A stretch of 64,000 bases of DNA, from contig MU058226.1 in the NCBI GenBank assembly GCA_013265495.1, forward strand, positions 582,741-646,740, read 5' to 3'. Each line of letters begins with the position of its first letter. Position 1 is the stretch's first letter. The position numbers were made by a program, and so were the translations under genes. The notes under the pieces were generated by a model. The model worked only from the letters and a program-made list of their open reading frames with translations, searched no databases and had not been told where the DNA came from. The DNA is from Vicugna vicugna. Its lineage: Eukaryota. Below are positions 15,801 to 30,351 of the stretch, piece after piece.

Positions 15801-18800
15801 AAATATGGGTGAATACCCATAATCTGGGAATGGGAAAGCCTTTCTACCTATGAATCAAAATCCAGAGCCATTAAAGTTTGACATACTGACTTTATAAAAC
15901 TAAACTTAAGAATGACAAGATAAAAGTAAAATTAAAGGACCAAATAAAGGAGGGAAGATTATTTACAGCTCATATCATAGGAAGAAGCTAACATCCCTAT
16001 TCTATAACGTGTGCCTAGAAATCAGGATGGAAACACAGCAGTCCAGTCAGAAAATGAACAAAGGAGATCATTTGAAGAAAAATATATAGGGCCTTTAGAT
16101 TCATGAAAGATGCTTAGTGATAAGAGGCTGACATCTGTGCACTAGGAGTGGCTGGTGGGGCGGCCTGTGGGGCGGCAGTGGGGCTGGTGCAACACTGGGC
16201 AGCACGTGGACGGGAGGAGGCCCGAGGGGCTTGAGTGCAGGCAGTGAGGGGGCGCTGGGTGCTGGGGTGGAGTGTGAGGCCTCGGGCTCTTCAACTTTAT
16301 ACTTTACCTTAAGAGCAATAGGCAGCTGTCGAAAGATTTTAAACAAGGAAATGACATGATTGGATTTGTATTTTAGGTCTAAAAGGACCACTTTTGTGAT
16401 TTATGTCCAAACAGCTCACTGTGACGGGGTTCTGGAGATAGGACTAGAGGCCGGCAGGCAGGAAATGGGGGCAGCCACTTCCCTCCTTCACCGGCCAACC
16501 CCTGACTCCTTCAGCATCTCTGACACCCTTAGCACTGTCGGAGGTGCCGTGAGAAAAGGACAGGTTCCCTGTCTTCCTAGAGCTTCCTTTCAAATGGAGG
16601 GAGGCAGGTAGTAAGCACGTGTAGAAGCAAGATGGTGTCATAATGATAAAAATGCAGGAAGGGCCTGAACAGGTGATGGGGCCCAGCGGGAAGATCAGGA
16701 TTAGAGGCCTGGTGAGGCCTTCCCGAGGGAGTGACATCACCTGAGATCTGAGGCGCTGGGGGAACTCAAGCCTCCAGGTTGACTCCAAGGTGGGAAGGAG
16801 CGGGCTTGTTGAGGGGACGATGGGAGAGCGCTGTGGCCGGAGTGCCGTGGGCAGTGGAAGAGCGACAAGAGACAGGCTTAGAGAAGTGGGCAGAGGCCAA
16901 GGAAGGACACTGGCCTGCACACTGTGGTAAGTAAGCCACTGGAGGGTTTTCAAGACCAGTCAGGAGACTGTTGCCGTTGTCCAGGCCAGAGATGAGAGTG
17001 GTTTACCCAAGGTTGGTGGCTGTGGAGATGAGAGGAGTGACAGTACTTGGGGGGAGAACTGGCAGGAACTGCTGATGGATTGGAGAGTGATGGGGGCGTG
17101 GGCCCCCCAGGCTGGTCTCTGTTTTGCCATGCACAGTTGGGTGATTTCCTGGGTGGTCGTCTGAGGTCACATGTGGTGAGAGTGAGGGAGCTCACCTCTG
17201 CTGAGCCCTCCCTTCTCTCTGCAGCTCTCCTCCTTGATGCAGGCTCACCAGGAGGCTCTTTCCAGTTTGACTAACAAAGCAGGGGGCCTGGAGAAATCTC
17301 TGAGTAGTCTGGAAACCAGGAGGTCAGGGGAAGCCAAGGAGCTGGCCGCAGCCCAGAGGGAGACTGAGCTGCTTCGGAAACAGCTGAGGTGAGTGGAGGG
17401 GGTGGGTGGCTGGAGGGGAGCCCAGCAGTTGGTGGGTTGGTGGGTGGGGTAGGTTTCCAGCCAGGGTAGCCCCACTGAATGGCTACCCTGTTCCCACCCC
17501 AACCCTAGCAAGACCCAAGAAGACTTGGAGGCTCAGGTGACCTTGGTTGAGAATCTAAGAAGATACGTAGGGGAGCAAGTCCCTCCTGAGGTCCACAGCC
17601 AGACGTGGGAATCAGAGCGACAGGAGCTTCTAGAAACTGTGCAGGTACAGGGCATGAGGTGGGACAAGGGCTCCGGTTCTGGGAAAGGGGCCCCTGGAGA
17701 AGAACACAGACCCCTGGAGAGAAGGCAGTGCTATACAGGGAGGCACAGACTGGCCACTGCCTGAGGGCCAGCTGGGAGCCCAGACAGAGGCGTCTGCCCT
17801 CTCTCTCCCTCCACCCCGACCCGCAGCACTTGCATGAGGACCGGGATGGTCTGCACACCACGGCCGAGCTGCTGCAGGTGCGAGTCCAGAGCCTCACGCA
17901 CATCCTCTCCATGCAGGAGGAGGAGCTGGCCCGGAAGGTAGGCCCCTCATGCCCTGGGTACCTCCCTGCGGGCGGGAGGGGTGATGTGCCGCAGCCAGAA
18001 CCTGTTGGCGTCCCTCCTTCCCACGCCTCTTCTTGCTGTGGCTCCTGCTGCGTGGGCAGGATAGAAGAGACAAACCCACCTCCTCCCTCTGCTCCCCGGG
18101 GAGCCCACAGTCTCCTCTCTTCCTCCACCCTGCAGGTTCAGCCTTCAGACTGCCTGGAGCCTGAGTTCACCAGGAAGTGCCAGTCCCTGCTGAAGCGCTG
18201 GCGGGAGAAGGTGTTTGCCCTCATGGTGCAGCTGAAGGCCCAGGAGCTGGAGCACAGAGGATGCGTGGAGCAGCTGAAGGGGCAGGTCACTTGACGCTCT
18301 TTCTCCCCACGTTCTCCCCCTGCCCTCCGCTCCTGTGCTCCTTACGTAAGGGATGACATTTAGTCAGTAAATACTGAGTGGTTCCCATGTGCTGGCGGCA
18401 CAGCCCTGAGCAAAGGGAGACAAGGACCTGTTCTCAGGGGCCGACATTCTGTGAGTTGGGCCAGCCTTGGGTAAGATGGTCAGTGACGGCCTTCCCAAGT
18501 TGGTGACAGTGTCCAAGGATGGGTGGGTGGCATGAACAGAGGCCAGGCGTCCTTCTGGGTGGGTCACAGGGTGGCTCCTCAAGGTGTGGACACATGGAAC
18601 ATGTTTCCGGAAGGAAACCCGGACTCAGACTCCATTCTCGGGAATGGGAGCTTCTGGCCTCCCCGCGTGGCCTTCTTTCAGAGACCTCTGCCCCTGGTCC
18701 TTCCTTCCCAGTGCCCCCACTGCAGCTTTCAGCACTGCCTCCTCTCCTACCCCAGGTGGCAGAGCTCCAGGAAAGAGCTGAAACTCAGAGTCAGGAGCAG

Positions 18801-21800
18801 GCCATCCTGCAGCGCTCCCTGCAGGACAAAGCTGCAGAAGTGGAGGTGGAGCGATTGGGTGCCAAGGTCAGTGTCTAAGACAGGTGGAGGCTGAGGGAGG
18901 GCCGGGGTTCCCCAGCGGAGGGCACCCTTTCCTTTACTGGATCCTTCCTAGGCCCTGCAGATGGAGCTGAGCCGTGCTCAGGAGGCCCGGTGCCGGAGGC
19001 AGCAGCAGATGGCCACAGCGGAGGAGCGGCTGAAGGTCATGGCCAATGCTGTCAGCAGGTATCTGGGACAGAGGGTGGGTGGAGAAGGGTTTCTGCTTCT
19101 CCCTGGCTCCCTGGGCACCTTGGAGTTTAAGAGCCTCAGGCAGGAGGGGCTGGAGAGCTGGTTGGGTGGAGGATGTAGGGCTGGAGGTACCTGGTCCTGT
19201 AAAAGGCTCTGTTTGTTTTTTCCTGGGGCAACCCCTGCACATTCACATCAGGGTCACTTGTTATGACTCCCACCCACTGCGTGTTTGGCTGGAGAAGAGG
19301 CAGCGTTTCCCCTGGCGGTTAGTAACAGCTTGAGTTCAGTAGAGCTCCTGGAGGGTCTCCACTGTCAGAACTGTTTGAGGATGGGGCGTGCAGACTCTTT
19401 AAAATTGTACAGACGTGCCCTGTTCAGTTGGAAAAAAATTAATCTATTTATTTTAAAGCTGTACACCCACAGGCAGCCCTTGTTTTGTTGTATTTGGCTT
19501 TTTGCTTCACAGATACTGTGTTTTTTTTTTTTTTAACACATTGAAGGTTTCTGGCAGCCCCGCGTTGAGCAAGTCTATTGGCACCATTTTCCCAACAGCA
19601 TTACTTTTTAATTAATGCTGCTTGTTAGTGTTTCGTTGTTTTTTTTTTTTTTAGACATAATGCTATCGCCAACTTAATAGGCTACAGTATAGTGCAAACA
19701 TAACTTTAAATGCCCTGGGAAACCAGAAACTTCGTGTGACTCGCTTTATTGCGACATTCACTTAATTGCGATGGTCTGGAACTGAACCACAATCTCTCCG
19801 ACGTCTGCCTGTACTTGCTTACTAGATATTCTGTCTCAAATGTATGCCAGTTTCCTTTTTAATGAATTGCAAGCCTGTCCCTGAGACCAACTTCCTGGGT
19901 GTTTCCTTCACAGCTGTTCTATAACCTTTAGAAAGACCTCTAAGGAGAAACACAGGTTTCTTTGCACTGGTAACAACCCCTCCTCTGCTTTGGATGTGGG
20001 GGGCACTGGGGTGGTCCACTAGAGCACTTAGTAGGGTATCTGGCTCGTCATCTGTGCCCTGTAAATGTTCACTGTTACCATGAGGCTCTTCTGGATGGAT
20101 CACATAACACTTTTTGGCTTAGCCAAATTGTGATGCAGGATGGGTCCTCACTCGCCATCACCTTCTGTTGGACTAGTACCTTGAGGACTAATTTAACTAA
20201 AAAAAAAATCATAAAAAATTTCAAACACACACAGCATTAGAGAGACTAGTTATGATGAAGCACCACCCAGATTCACTCTACCCCACCTGCCTCCTACCTC
20301 CAGGAGAACAGAAAGATACGCTGTGGACAGGCTTTTACTTTGGTACCAGGACATTACTGAAATGGTTCTTGGTAATGATTTATTGCCAAAACATCCACAA
20401 GGCTTAAAACAACCCAAATTTGGATTGTTGCCCGGTTTGTTAGTCTCTAGATGGCTTGTGGATCTTTTCAGGGAAGGGCTTTCAAAAGAGTCACTGTAGG
20501 TGTTGGAAGCATCCACTCCAACAATTTTCAGGTAGAAGTGATCTCTGCTGTGCTGCTAGGGATACAACCTTCAGCCTTGTCATCTGCTTGTTTTCCTGTT
20601 GGTGCAGGCTTGCACTCTCCTGGGGAGTTCCAGCCCGGCCCCTGGTTGCTGCCTGGTTGTAGTCCTCCCTGGGGGCCTGCTTAGACTTTTCAGCTTTCCT
20701 GAGCCCTGTTGGTCCTGCTTTGGGCACAGCCAGCTGGTAAAGCACTTGGCCTTCATTGATATCAGGGATTTGCTGAAAAGGGTAACTTTGATCTCTGATA
20801 CATAGGCGTGATCGAAAAGCAGACTGTGAGAAAGAAACTTCACAGGTTGCTTGATAATATACACATTTAATGCCTTCTTAGGGTGAGGGTCGCTTAGGAA
20901 ACTGATGGAAGCTATTGGCTTCATTCTATAGAAAAATGCACATAAGTTCATACATCTCAAACGTGGCATACAGCTCCAGGAGATTCCCAAAAGCCAGAGA
21001 CATACTCAGGGGCCTGCAGGTGAAAAAGTCTAAATCAGCTAGAGATTAGCCCACTTTAGGGAGCTTGTTTTAGCCCCCCTGGAATCATTACTGGATGCTT
21101 TACCGTGTGATGGCACCTGGGCCCAGATAAGGTGCGACCTCTGTGAACCTCATTGTTTTTCCTGCAGTGCTGTTATTAAAGATGCTGATTGCTAGGACCC
21201 AGATGACAAGCTTTCTGTAGGTTTTGGGACCAGAAATAGCTGTGTTTTTCTTATGAGCAACTGTATGACTTTTATCTGACGGTCACTACAGGGCTTAATC
21301 TGTCAAGTTTTCTTTCATGACTAGCAGGGCACAAACTTGGGGCCTCTGCTTGCCTAGGGCACAAACCTGGGGCCTCTGCTTGCCTTCAGCTTCTCTTCCC
21401 CCTGCTCTGATTCCTGCTTCCCGGCTTTCCCCATGTACACAGCAGTACAGGATGGAGAAGGTAAAGTCCTTTTGGAAGTGAGGTGGGGTTGATGGGTCAG
21501 TGACCCTGTTCCTGCTCCAGCTTTCAGACCTGGTTCCAGAGCACTGTGGCCGAGGTGGAGCGGGCCACGGCCCGGCTGCCCAGCATCAGTGCCCGAGTCA
21601 GCTATGCCGTCCGCAAGGTCCACACCATTCAGGGTGGGTAGGGCAACTGCCGATCGCGCCCTGCCCCTGCCCCACTACTCCCTCTCATCCTATATCCACC
21701 CACCTGCCTCCTCCTCCATGGTCCAAGCACCCCCTTTTCCATTCCTCCTCGTCTCCCCTTTTCTGCTCCATAAATTCATCTCTACCCTTTTCTTCCCCAG

Positions 21801-24258
21801 GCCTGATGGCTCGAAAACTGGCCGTTGCTCAGCTGCGCCAGGAGAGGTGTAGTTTGGGCCACTTGGAGGTGGATCGGGGAGGGGGTGGAGCTTTAAGGTA
21901 TTGGTTGCTGGGACCCAAAACAGCGAGGATGGGGACTTAGGAGTCAGGCAGCTGGGTGATCCCCCTGACTCTGTTTCTTGTCCCTGTCTCAGCTGCCCCC
22001 CACCCCCACCGGCCAGGGACATGAGCCTTGAGTTGGAGCAGCTGCGGGAAGAGCGGAACCGCCTGGACGCGGAACTGCAGCTGAGCGCCCACATCATCCA
22101 GCAGGAGGTGGGCCGGGCCCGGGAGCAAGGTACGCCAGGTCCCAGAGTCACTGGAGTCACCAAGCTCGAGCAGGGGCCAGAGTGTGAGCCTTGGGGTTGA
22201 AGAGGAAGAGGGAAGAGCTGGGGCCTAGGGCATTGAGAAGCCTGAGGGGGCACCACATTTTCCCAGGGGAGGCGGAGCGGCAGCAGCTGAGCGAGGTGGC
22301 CAAGCAGCTGGAGCAGGAGCTGCAGCGCACCCAGGAGTCCCTGGCCAGTTTGGGGCTGCAGCTGGAGGCGGCTCGCCAGGGCCAGCAGGAGAGCATGGCG
22401 GAGGCTGCCAGTCTCCGGCAGGAGCTGACCCAGCAGCAGGAGATCTACGGGCAAGGTGTGCAGGAGGGGGCGTGGGCAGACTCATCAGGGGTGGGAGGGA
22501 ACCGTGAACCAGAGTCCCCGGATAGACACTCCGTGTGCACCTCCACCCCAGCACTGCAGGAGAAGGTGGCCGAAGTGGAAACTCGGCTGCGGGAACAGCT
22601 CTCAGAATCAGAAAGGAGACTGAACGAGGCTCGGAGGGAACACGCCAAGGCCGGTGAGATTGGCCGGGGTGAACATGTGTTTCCAGGATGTCATGAGGCA
22701 TGAGGTTATTTTAAAAACATTTTTTAAAGCTTTTTTCGAAGAGTGCCAATCCTGGTGGAATTGGCACCAATAAACTCTTCGGTGGTAAACACACCCATAG
22801 AGCCAGCACTCAGATCAAGCAACAGCACGTGACTAGCCCTGAAGCCCTCATCCCCTCCCAGTCACTCCCCTCCACAAAGACAACTACCATCCTGACATCT
22901 CACACCAGCAGTGACCCCCAGCTTCTCACTGGGGAAAATTTCAAACACCTAGCCAAGTTAAAAGACTCATGTAACGGATACTCATGTACCTTCTCTGATT
23001 AGAGGCAGTGGTTAATATTTGGTCACATTTCCTCTCTATCTGTGTATGCACACACATTGATATATACATTTCCGGGGAGGAATCATTGAAAGTAAGTTAC
23101 AAACATCATGACCATTTAGCTGCATTGCCCACAACTAGGATTGTTTCCTATATAACCTCAATACCATTGTTACACTTTAAGAAAATGAACATGAATTACA
23201 TGAAATCTGATATCCAGTCCCTGTTCAGATGTCCCCTAAGGGACTCCGGGAAGGTTCGGGGATTGGGGGAGGTACTTTGGATTCACAGGATCCTAAAGCA
23301 TCAGCCACCCCTCTGTAGGGAAGAGACTGAAAGCCACAGAGCATCAGTGGCTCCCCGTGTTACAGAGTTGGGGACCCAGTGTTCCTGTCCATCCTTCCAG
23401 GCTTGTTTTCATGCTGCCTCATGGCCTCTAGGCCACCCTACACCCGTCCCCTCTGTGGCCTGGCTTTCCCGTAGTGGTTTCCCTGCGCCAGATCCAACGC
23501 AAAGCCACCCGGGAAAAGGAGCGGAACCAGGAGCTCCGGCGCCTGCAGGATGAGGCCCGAAAGGAGGAGGGGCAGCGGCTGACCCAGCGCCTGAAGGAGC
23601 TGGAGCGGGACAAGAACCTCATGCTGGTAGGAGGCGGCAGAGACTGGGCCCTTGTTGGGCTGGTTGGGGGCAGAACTGTGGACAGGGGAGGGCGCTGTGC
23701 CCGGGCTCGGTGGCGTTTAACCTTCTCCTTCCCAGGCCACCTTGCAGCAGGAGGGTCTCCTCTCCCGTTACAAGCAGCAGCGACTGTTGGCAGTTCTTCC
23801 TTCCCCACTGGATAAAGGGAATCCCGTGGAGTCCAGCCCCGGGTGCCCAGGGTCTTCAGCGCCTGCACCTCCAGCAGCGGCCCTCTGCACCAAGGAGTCC
23901 ATCAGAGGTGAGGGGCTGAGGGTGGGGGACTTCAGGAACGTCTCCTCTAGATGCTCTGGAATGCACAAGCCTTGTTCTCTGTGACCCTTAGATGCCCACA
24001 GCCTCTCTTATCCACGCCCACTGGGGCCAGGAGCCTTCTCCCTCATCCCCCTCACTTCCCGCAGCAGCCCCGGTCTTCTGCACTGTGAGTGCTCCTGAAC
24101 GCCTTCTCTTGTCCGCCTCCTGTCCCTCTGGGCCTTCTCTCTCAGGATCCCTCTCTGTCCTGCTCGATGACCTGCAGGGCCTGAGTGAGGCCATTTCCAA
24201 AGAGGACGCTGTTTGTCAGGATGATGACCAGAACTCCTCTACTTCAGCCTGCCTCTGA
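12857..24258 (+). CDS. CCHCR1: Coiled-coil alpha-helical rod protein 1, 845 aa long form (shorter form from ATG 13357)
   Basis: join(12857..13006,13306..13372,13451..13664,14905..15208,17225..17388,17509..17644,17827..17937,18136..18285,18756..18866,18952..19058,21521..21633,21801..21846,21993..22129,22267..22455,22552..22653,23475..23626,23736..23907,24146..24258)=2538 nt. All introns GT-AG and in phase. Peptides such as [29 protein letters not shown] and [10 protein letters not shown] match CCHCR1. Confidence 0.95.
15780..16130 (+). mobile_element. Ancient L1 ORF2 3' fragment
   Basis: A-rich, L1M-like phrases (gaaaatatgggtgaatac...gggaaagcctttcta...catgaaagatgctta) in CCHCR1 intron 4. Confidence 0.5.
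19470..19811 (+). mobile_element. Internally deleted Tigger1-type DNA transposon (TcMar-Tigger)
   Basis: Terminal inverted repeats CAGGCAG...CTGCCTG followed by TA. Internal blocks ttgaaggtttctggcagccccgcgttgagcaagtctattggcaccatt and cagtatagtgcaaacataacttt are typical of Tigger1 ends. Confidence 0.8.
21326..21385. repeat. 30-bp tandem duplication
   Basis: AGGGCACAAAC(T/C)TGGGGCCTCTGCTTGCCT twice, 29/30 identical. Confidence 0.95.
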
Positions 24259-24390
24259 GCAGCTGGGAGGACCGAGAGGATGAGGGTGGTGGAGAAGTGG
24301 GTCCGGGAGGGGCCAGGCCGGCTCTCTTCACCCTCCAGCTCTCCTTGGCGACACCAGCCACCAAGATGTCTGAGAATTCTCCTGTGGCTC

Positions 24391-24396
24391 AATAAA
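24391..24396 (+). terminator. CCHCR1: CCHCR1 polyadenylation signal
   Basis: AATAAA 133 nt after the stop codon. Confidence 0.85.
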
Positions 24397-25154
24397 GATG
24401 ACTACAGTAGAACCGTGGTTTGGACAGTTCTCTCTGGGAACATAAGGGAGTTTTCTCCCTGCAGCCTGTCCTGTCCGGAAAATGTAGGAAGTGGTCCCCC
24501 ACACAGCTCTTTTTCTAGATGTTTCTTTTTTCAAAAGCCCTTTCTGAGGCCGCTAACAAAGTTTTTTCAAGAAGCTCCAGGTTTTTTGTTTTTGTTTTTA
24601 TTCTCAACTTTTGTTTTTAAACTCTTTGCCTCTGGAAGATGACCAGTGCAGGGAGGTAAAACATTCACATGTTCATTTGGCATCACAGAGCCAGGCAGGT
24701 CCCGGCTCGGGCCACCGCGGCGGGCTGGATGGCTGGGTCCCTGCTCCTGTGGCACTCACGTGCCGGTGGGACAACAGACAAGTACTTAAGTGAACAAACC
24801 AGCATTTCAAACAATAGAGGAAGAAAGTTACAATGACATGACAGAAGCTGGCTCTGTGGGGAGGGGCGGCAGGAGCTGAGGGGCCAGGCAAGGCCTCTCT
24901 CAGGAGGGACGTTGTGCTGAGACTGGAGTGAGGTGAGGAGCAGGCTGTGCAGCCACCTGGGTGCCCTGTTCCTGCCTGGTGAGTGAAGGCCAGAGGGCAC
25001 GCACAGGGTGGGCAGGCGCAGAGGCCAGAGAAGCATGACAGAGGATGCTGTGGGAAGAGACCAAGACCTGGTAGAGCTTGGGTTTTACTCTTAAGTCAAT
25101 AGAAAGTCCTTGGAGTACTTTTAAACAGGGAAGCAGCCACAAAGTTCGATTCAC

Positions 25155-25247
25155 TTTTTTTTTAATGGAGGTACTGGTGATTGAGCCCAGGACCTCCTGC
25201 ATGCTAAGCACCAGCTCTACCACTGAGCTATTACCCATGCCCCCCAC
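25155..25247 (-). mobile_element. tRNA-derived SINE (Vic-1-like, camelid)
   Basis: Minus strand reads ...TAGCTCAGTGGTAGAGC...CTTAGCATGCAGGAGGTCCTGGGCTCAATCACCAGTACCTCCATTAAAAA (A box, B box, A tail). Confidence 0.85.
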
Positions 25248-25619
25248 CCTGTGGTCTTTGTGTTTTTAAGAGATCTGTTGGCTGGCTGTGGAGGATGGTG
25301 TTTTTTTTGAGGGGGTGTGGAAGCAGGGAGACCAGCAAGGAGGGTCCTGGGGAGACTGGGAAGAGGCAGCTCCCCAGGCTGGGGCGGTGGCAGGTGGGGG
25401 TGGGGGAGGAGAGGAATGAAGGTTTCCAAAGTGGGCCACAGGGGGCAGCAGTGTTCCTTCCGGGGAGCAGACGGGGGGGGGGGGGCAGCCTGGGGAGGAG
25501 CCCTGTTTTGGACATGTTACTTCTGAGAGGCTCAGGAGACCTCCAGGCAGAGGAGTCCTTGCGGAGGGAAGGTTCCAGGGGGGTTGCTGAGAGCCGCAGA
25601 CAAGACCTAGACTGACATC

Positions 25620-25885
25620 TGAAGAATGAGGGGAAGGAGAGGATGGGCACAGAGAGGTGGCGCCAAGACCGCAGGAGGGGCCAGAGGGGCGGCAGGGAGG
25701 ATTCCAGGGGGAAGAGGAAGAGGCTGAGAGGACAGGGGAGCTGAGGCAGCGTCTTCCTGAGCCTCTTGGGTGTGACTGATGAAACCAGCCCTAGGGTGGG
25801 GAGAAGGAATCAGGATGTCCTTGAATTTCCTTCATCTGCAGTCACCCCAGGTGCTCCTGGATGAAATTCCTTGGCTGTCCCTGTG
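25620..25885 (-). pseudogene. PSORS1C1: Non-coding homologue of the human PSORS1C1 last exon
   Basis: Minus strand gives KEFH, then after a frameshift GDCR*RKFKDILIPSPHP...EDAA...QPLPLPPGI, versus recalled human KEFH...DDCRKGRTQEDILVPSSHP...EEAA...QPLPPPSGI. Contains a frameshift and an in-frame TGA. Confidence 0.65.
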
Positions 25886-26465
25886 TGCCTGAAGAAGGCA
25901 CACCCTGGAGAGAGCACACGGGGTCCTAAGGGGAGCGGAAGTTCTGGGGAAAGAACTGAGCCCCAAGCAAGAAGGTTCAAATCAGGATGAGGTGGGAGAA
26001 GCTTGGTGTACCAGCTGAGACCACCCTGGCTGCATCCCAGGTGTTCCAAGGGAGCACCCCATTCCTCTCCTCCTTGTCCCCTGCAATCACCCATCCCCTG
26101 CCTGGCATCCTGCTTCTCAGCCTGTGTAATTAGGCTGCTTCCCCACGCATGGTTTGCTCTCATTCCTTGCCTACCAATGGCTTCAAGGGATGAAAGGTGG
26201 AAGTCCCTATGATTATGGGTTCCCGCATGGTGTGTGTGAAGAGGGATGTGAAAACAAGGATGGGGTGACCAAGGTCAAGTTCATCGATAAAGCCAGGATG
26301 GCTGGATCCAGAGCTGGGGAACTAAAATGAGGGACGCCACCATCAGAGGTTACACATTAGCTGTGGCCTTCCAAACGGGTTTGACTAGTTAAATTCTGGT
26401 TATATTCCTTGTGTCACTGGGCTGGGCCCTTCCCAGAGATTGGCTTCCTCCTCTCCCTCCTCCCC

Positions 26466-26472
26466 TATAAAA
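26466..26472 (+). promoter_or_regulatory. PSORS1C2: PSORS1C2 TATA box
   Basis: TATAAAA ~70 nt upstream of the ATG. Confidence 0.8.
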
Positions 26473-26539
26473 CCTCTAGAGGTTCCCAGGCACCCAGACT
26501 TGGCCCACCCCTGACTTTGGGGGCCAGGAGACAGCCAAG

Positions 26540-27548
<1,009 letters not shown>

Positions 27549-30351
27549 TGGGATCCCCCAGAGGCATCCCGGGCCTCCAGACAGAGTGCACTCAAGATAC
27601 CTCTACCCTCTTGATTTCCCTTGAATCTCCCCAGTTTAGCCTAACTCCTTAATTCCTTTGCCTACTCCTTCAATTTTATTCTGTTCCCTGAAGGTGTTGT
27701 CATCAATATTTTCTGTCCCCTCCTGAGATCTCTACTTAGCACCACATTCCCCCTCCTTTTTTCTCTGACAGCAGAAGCGTACACCCCTGCCTCACGTCCA
27801 GTCCTCTCCCCTCCCACCTCCTCTTCCCCAAGCCCGGGTTTCCTTGGGCAGGGCTGGCAGCACTGTGTCTCTGCTGCTACCTGGTGGCCAAAAGCTGGGA
27901 ACTATCAGGAGCTGACTGCTTCCATGAAATGGAAAAATTAAAACAATGTTTTCCTAATGTTGAATCTCAGCTGCTTCTTTGCCAATAAACATTCGAATGT
28001 CCTCCTCACAGCCACAAACCTACAGAGGTCTGACAGTCATTTGTGTTTCTGTCTTGCCCATTTGCATAAGGATGTGGAACTCAGCAGGTGGAGGGTTGGA
28101 AATTTGACTATCAGAGTCACAATGACATTCAGACCCACATGTCTCCCATTCTGGGACCTCTATTTTGGAGAATGGGAGATCAAGTTAAGTCTCTGTTTAG
28201 TAGTTTGTGGTTTGCATACCTCTGGCTGAACATGAAAACTTTTCCAGGGGAATTGGGGGGAGGACCAAATTTTAAGGGGATCAATTTTCAGAAATACATG
28301 TGTCTCTTCCTAAAATGAATCTGCCTGAGAAGTGTGTCCTCCTTTTCCACCTGCCTTCTTTAACAACCCGCACCTTATCCCACTAGACAGAGATAGGCCA
28401 AGCTCTCTTGCCTGTAACTGAACCGGACCAGGGAGCTCTTCCTGGCATGGCCAAGTGAAATCAATGGAAAATACAAATCAGCCCTTTCCATTGCATTAAG
28501 AGATGCATTTTCAGTAAAAGTTTACTTTTCTGTTGACTCATTGTCAATATTTGTAGTTTTGATCAATAGCATCTTGTAATAATTGTAATTATAAACCCAG
28601 TGCAGAATACCTATTTTTAACATTTTGAGTCTTACGGTCATAGAAAATAAATTTCAGTTTATGTACGTATTTTGTTACAGGGATATACAATAAAAGACTT
28701 TCCGAAGATACACTAAAATACAAAAAAATACAATGAAAAAAGTTTCATTAGGATAAAACTCAGTAGAGTAAGTGAAATGGGAAAAGGAACTAAAAAGAAA
28801 AAGAAATGAGGTAAATTGGTTGACTGGCTAACGGACTTGTTCACTTATTAAAAGGGTGTTAATGAATATGAAAAGGCTATGGTGTTATAGTCCTGCTACA
28901 TTTAAAACAGTGGTGTGACTTTTAAAATACGTAAGTATTTACATATTTTAAATTTACATATTCAGAAAGTATACCCTTGGCAATATTTAAACATATGATT
29001 AAAAAATGTTAGTTGTTGACTTTAAAATGTGAAAGAGGTACATAGTTTTCCAAAATTCTTTAAGGGAGTATTTGAGCAGGACAGTTCGAAGGACAGGAGC
29101 CCAGAGATCCCGACAGCCTAATGTCAAACAAGCGGCTGGACAGGGTGGGGTTGAGAGGCTCAAAGAAATGAGAGTTCAGTGACCTTAAACTCTACCCTTT
29201 AGGACCCAGTTTGCTTATGTGGTAACTCCCATCAAAATCTATAAGAGACTGTTCAGAATTCAGAAATAACCTTAGAACACAGAAGTATTGTAGGGGTAAT
29301 TTGACAGGCCCCATAGTGGACTAGATTCTCTCACTCATTCATTCAACCATTATCTTATACCCTTAACGTGTCCACCAACGTTGGGTGCCACAGGAGAATC
29401 TAAAGAATAAAAACAGTTCCTATTCTCAGGAAGCTTAAAATTCGGCCAGGGGACACAGGATTTACACGCAAAGTTAAATGACAATGTCACAGACTGTAAG
29501 GTGTATTAAATAAATAATTACATGAGTAAACATCACAGTAAGAGCAGTAAACGCCATGAGCTCATAAGAGTCACGCACCCAGAGCTGGAGTAGTCAGAAG
29601 AGGCTTCCAGGAGGAGTCCCCAAGCCAGGTGCGGCTGGAAGGGTAGGCAGCATGGCAGGAAAACCCGCCAGGACGACCCGCCAGGCAGACCTGCCAGGAA
29701 AGGGCGGACCCGGGGCCGCAGGCGCAGGCGCGGAAGCTGGGTCCTCGCCTCCACTCCTCCCGATGCACACTAGCTTCAGGACCTGCCCTAAGCCTCTGCT
29801 CCTGTGCGTGCTGTTCCCGCTACCTGGAATGGCCTTCCTCTCCCCACACAGCTGTATTTCTCTTCAGCGTCGCTCCCTACCCTCACCTGTTCCCCCTGCC
29901 TCGCGCCACCTGGTTCTGCGGTGCACTGTGCCTGGAACAAAACTCAAAGGCCAATGATTAATTCCCGTCTCCCCTCCGCTCCCTGGCCCTGAGCCTCTGC
30001 GGAGCAGAGACCGTGTTCATTTCTTCCCGGACTCTGTTACCGTTTTGGTGCCTACTGACTCCCAGTGTACTGTCACTCCCAGCAGCCCGGCTATGCTGCC
30101 GCTGTGCAAGGAATGCTGGAAGCACCTGGAAATACTTCTCCCCCACATACCACCCCTCCCCCACCCCAACCCCTTCCCACAGCCCCTAATGGATGATGGG
30201 AAAATATGAGTGTATCAATACCCCCATCCTCCAGATTGCCCTCCGTGAGACTTTGCTTGGTTCCACACAGCTGCTTGGCCTCCTTCCCTTCCTGGCCCCA
30301 CTTCCTCACTCCCTTTCCCTCGTCCTCACTCTCATAACTTAAAAAAAAATG

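Noticed and set aside
21690..22701. 254-aa and 158-aa minus-strand ORFs
   Set aside because: Antisense shadows of CAG/GAG-rich CCHCR1 coiled-coil exons.
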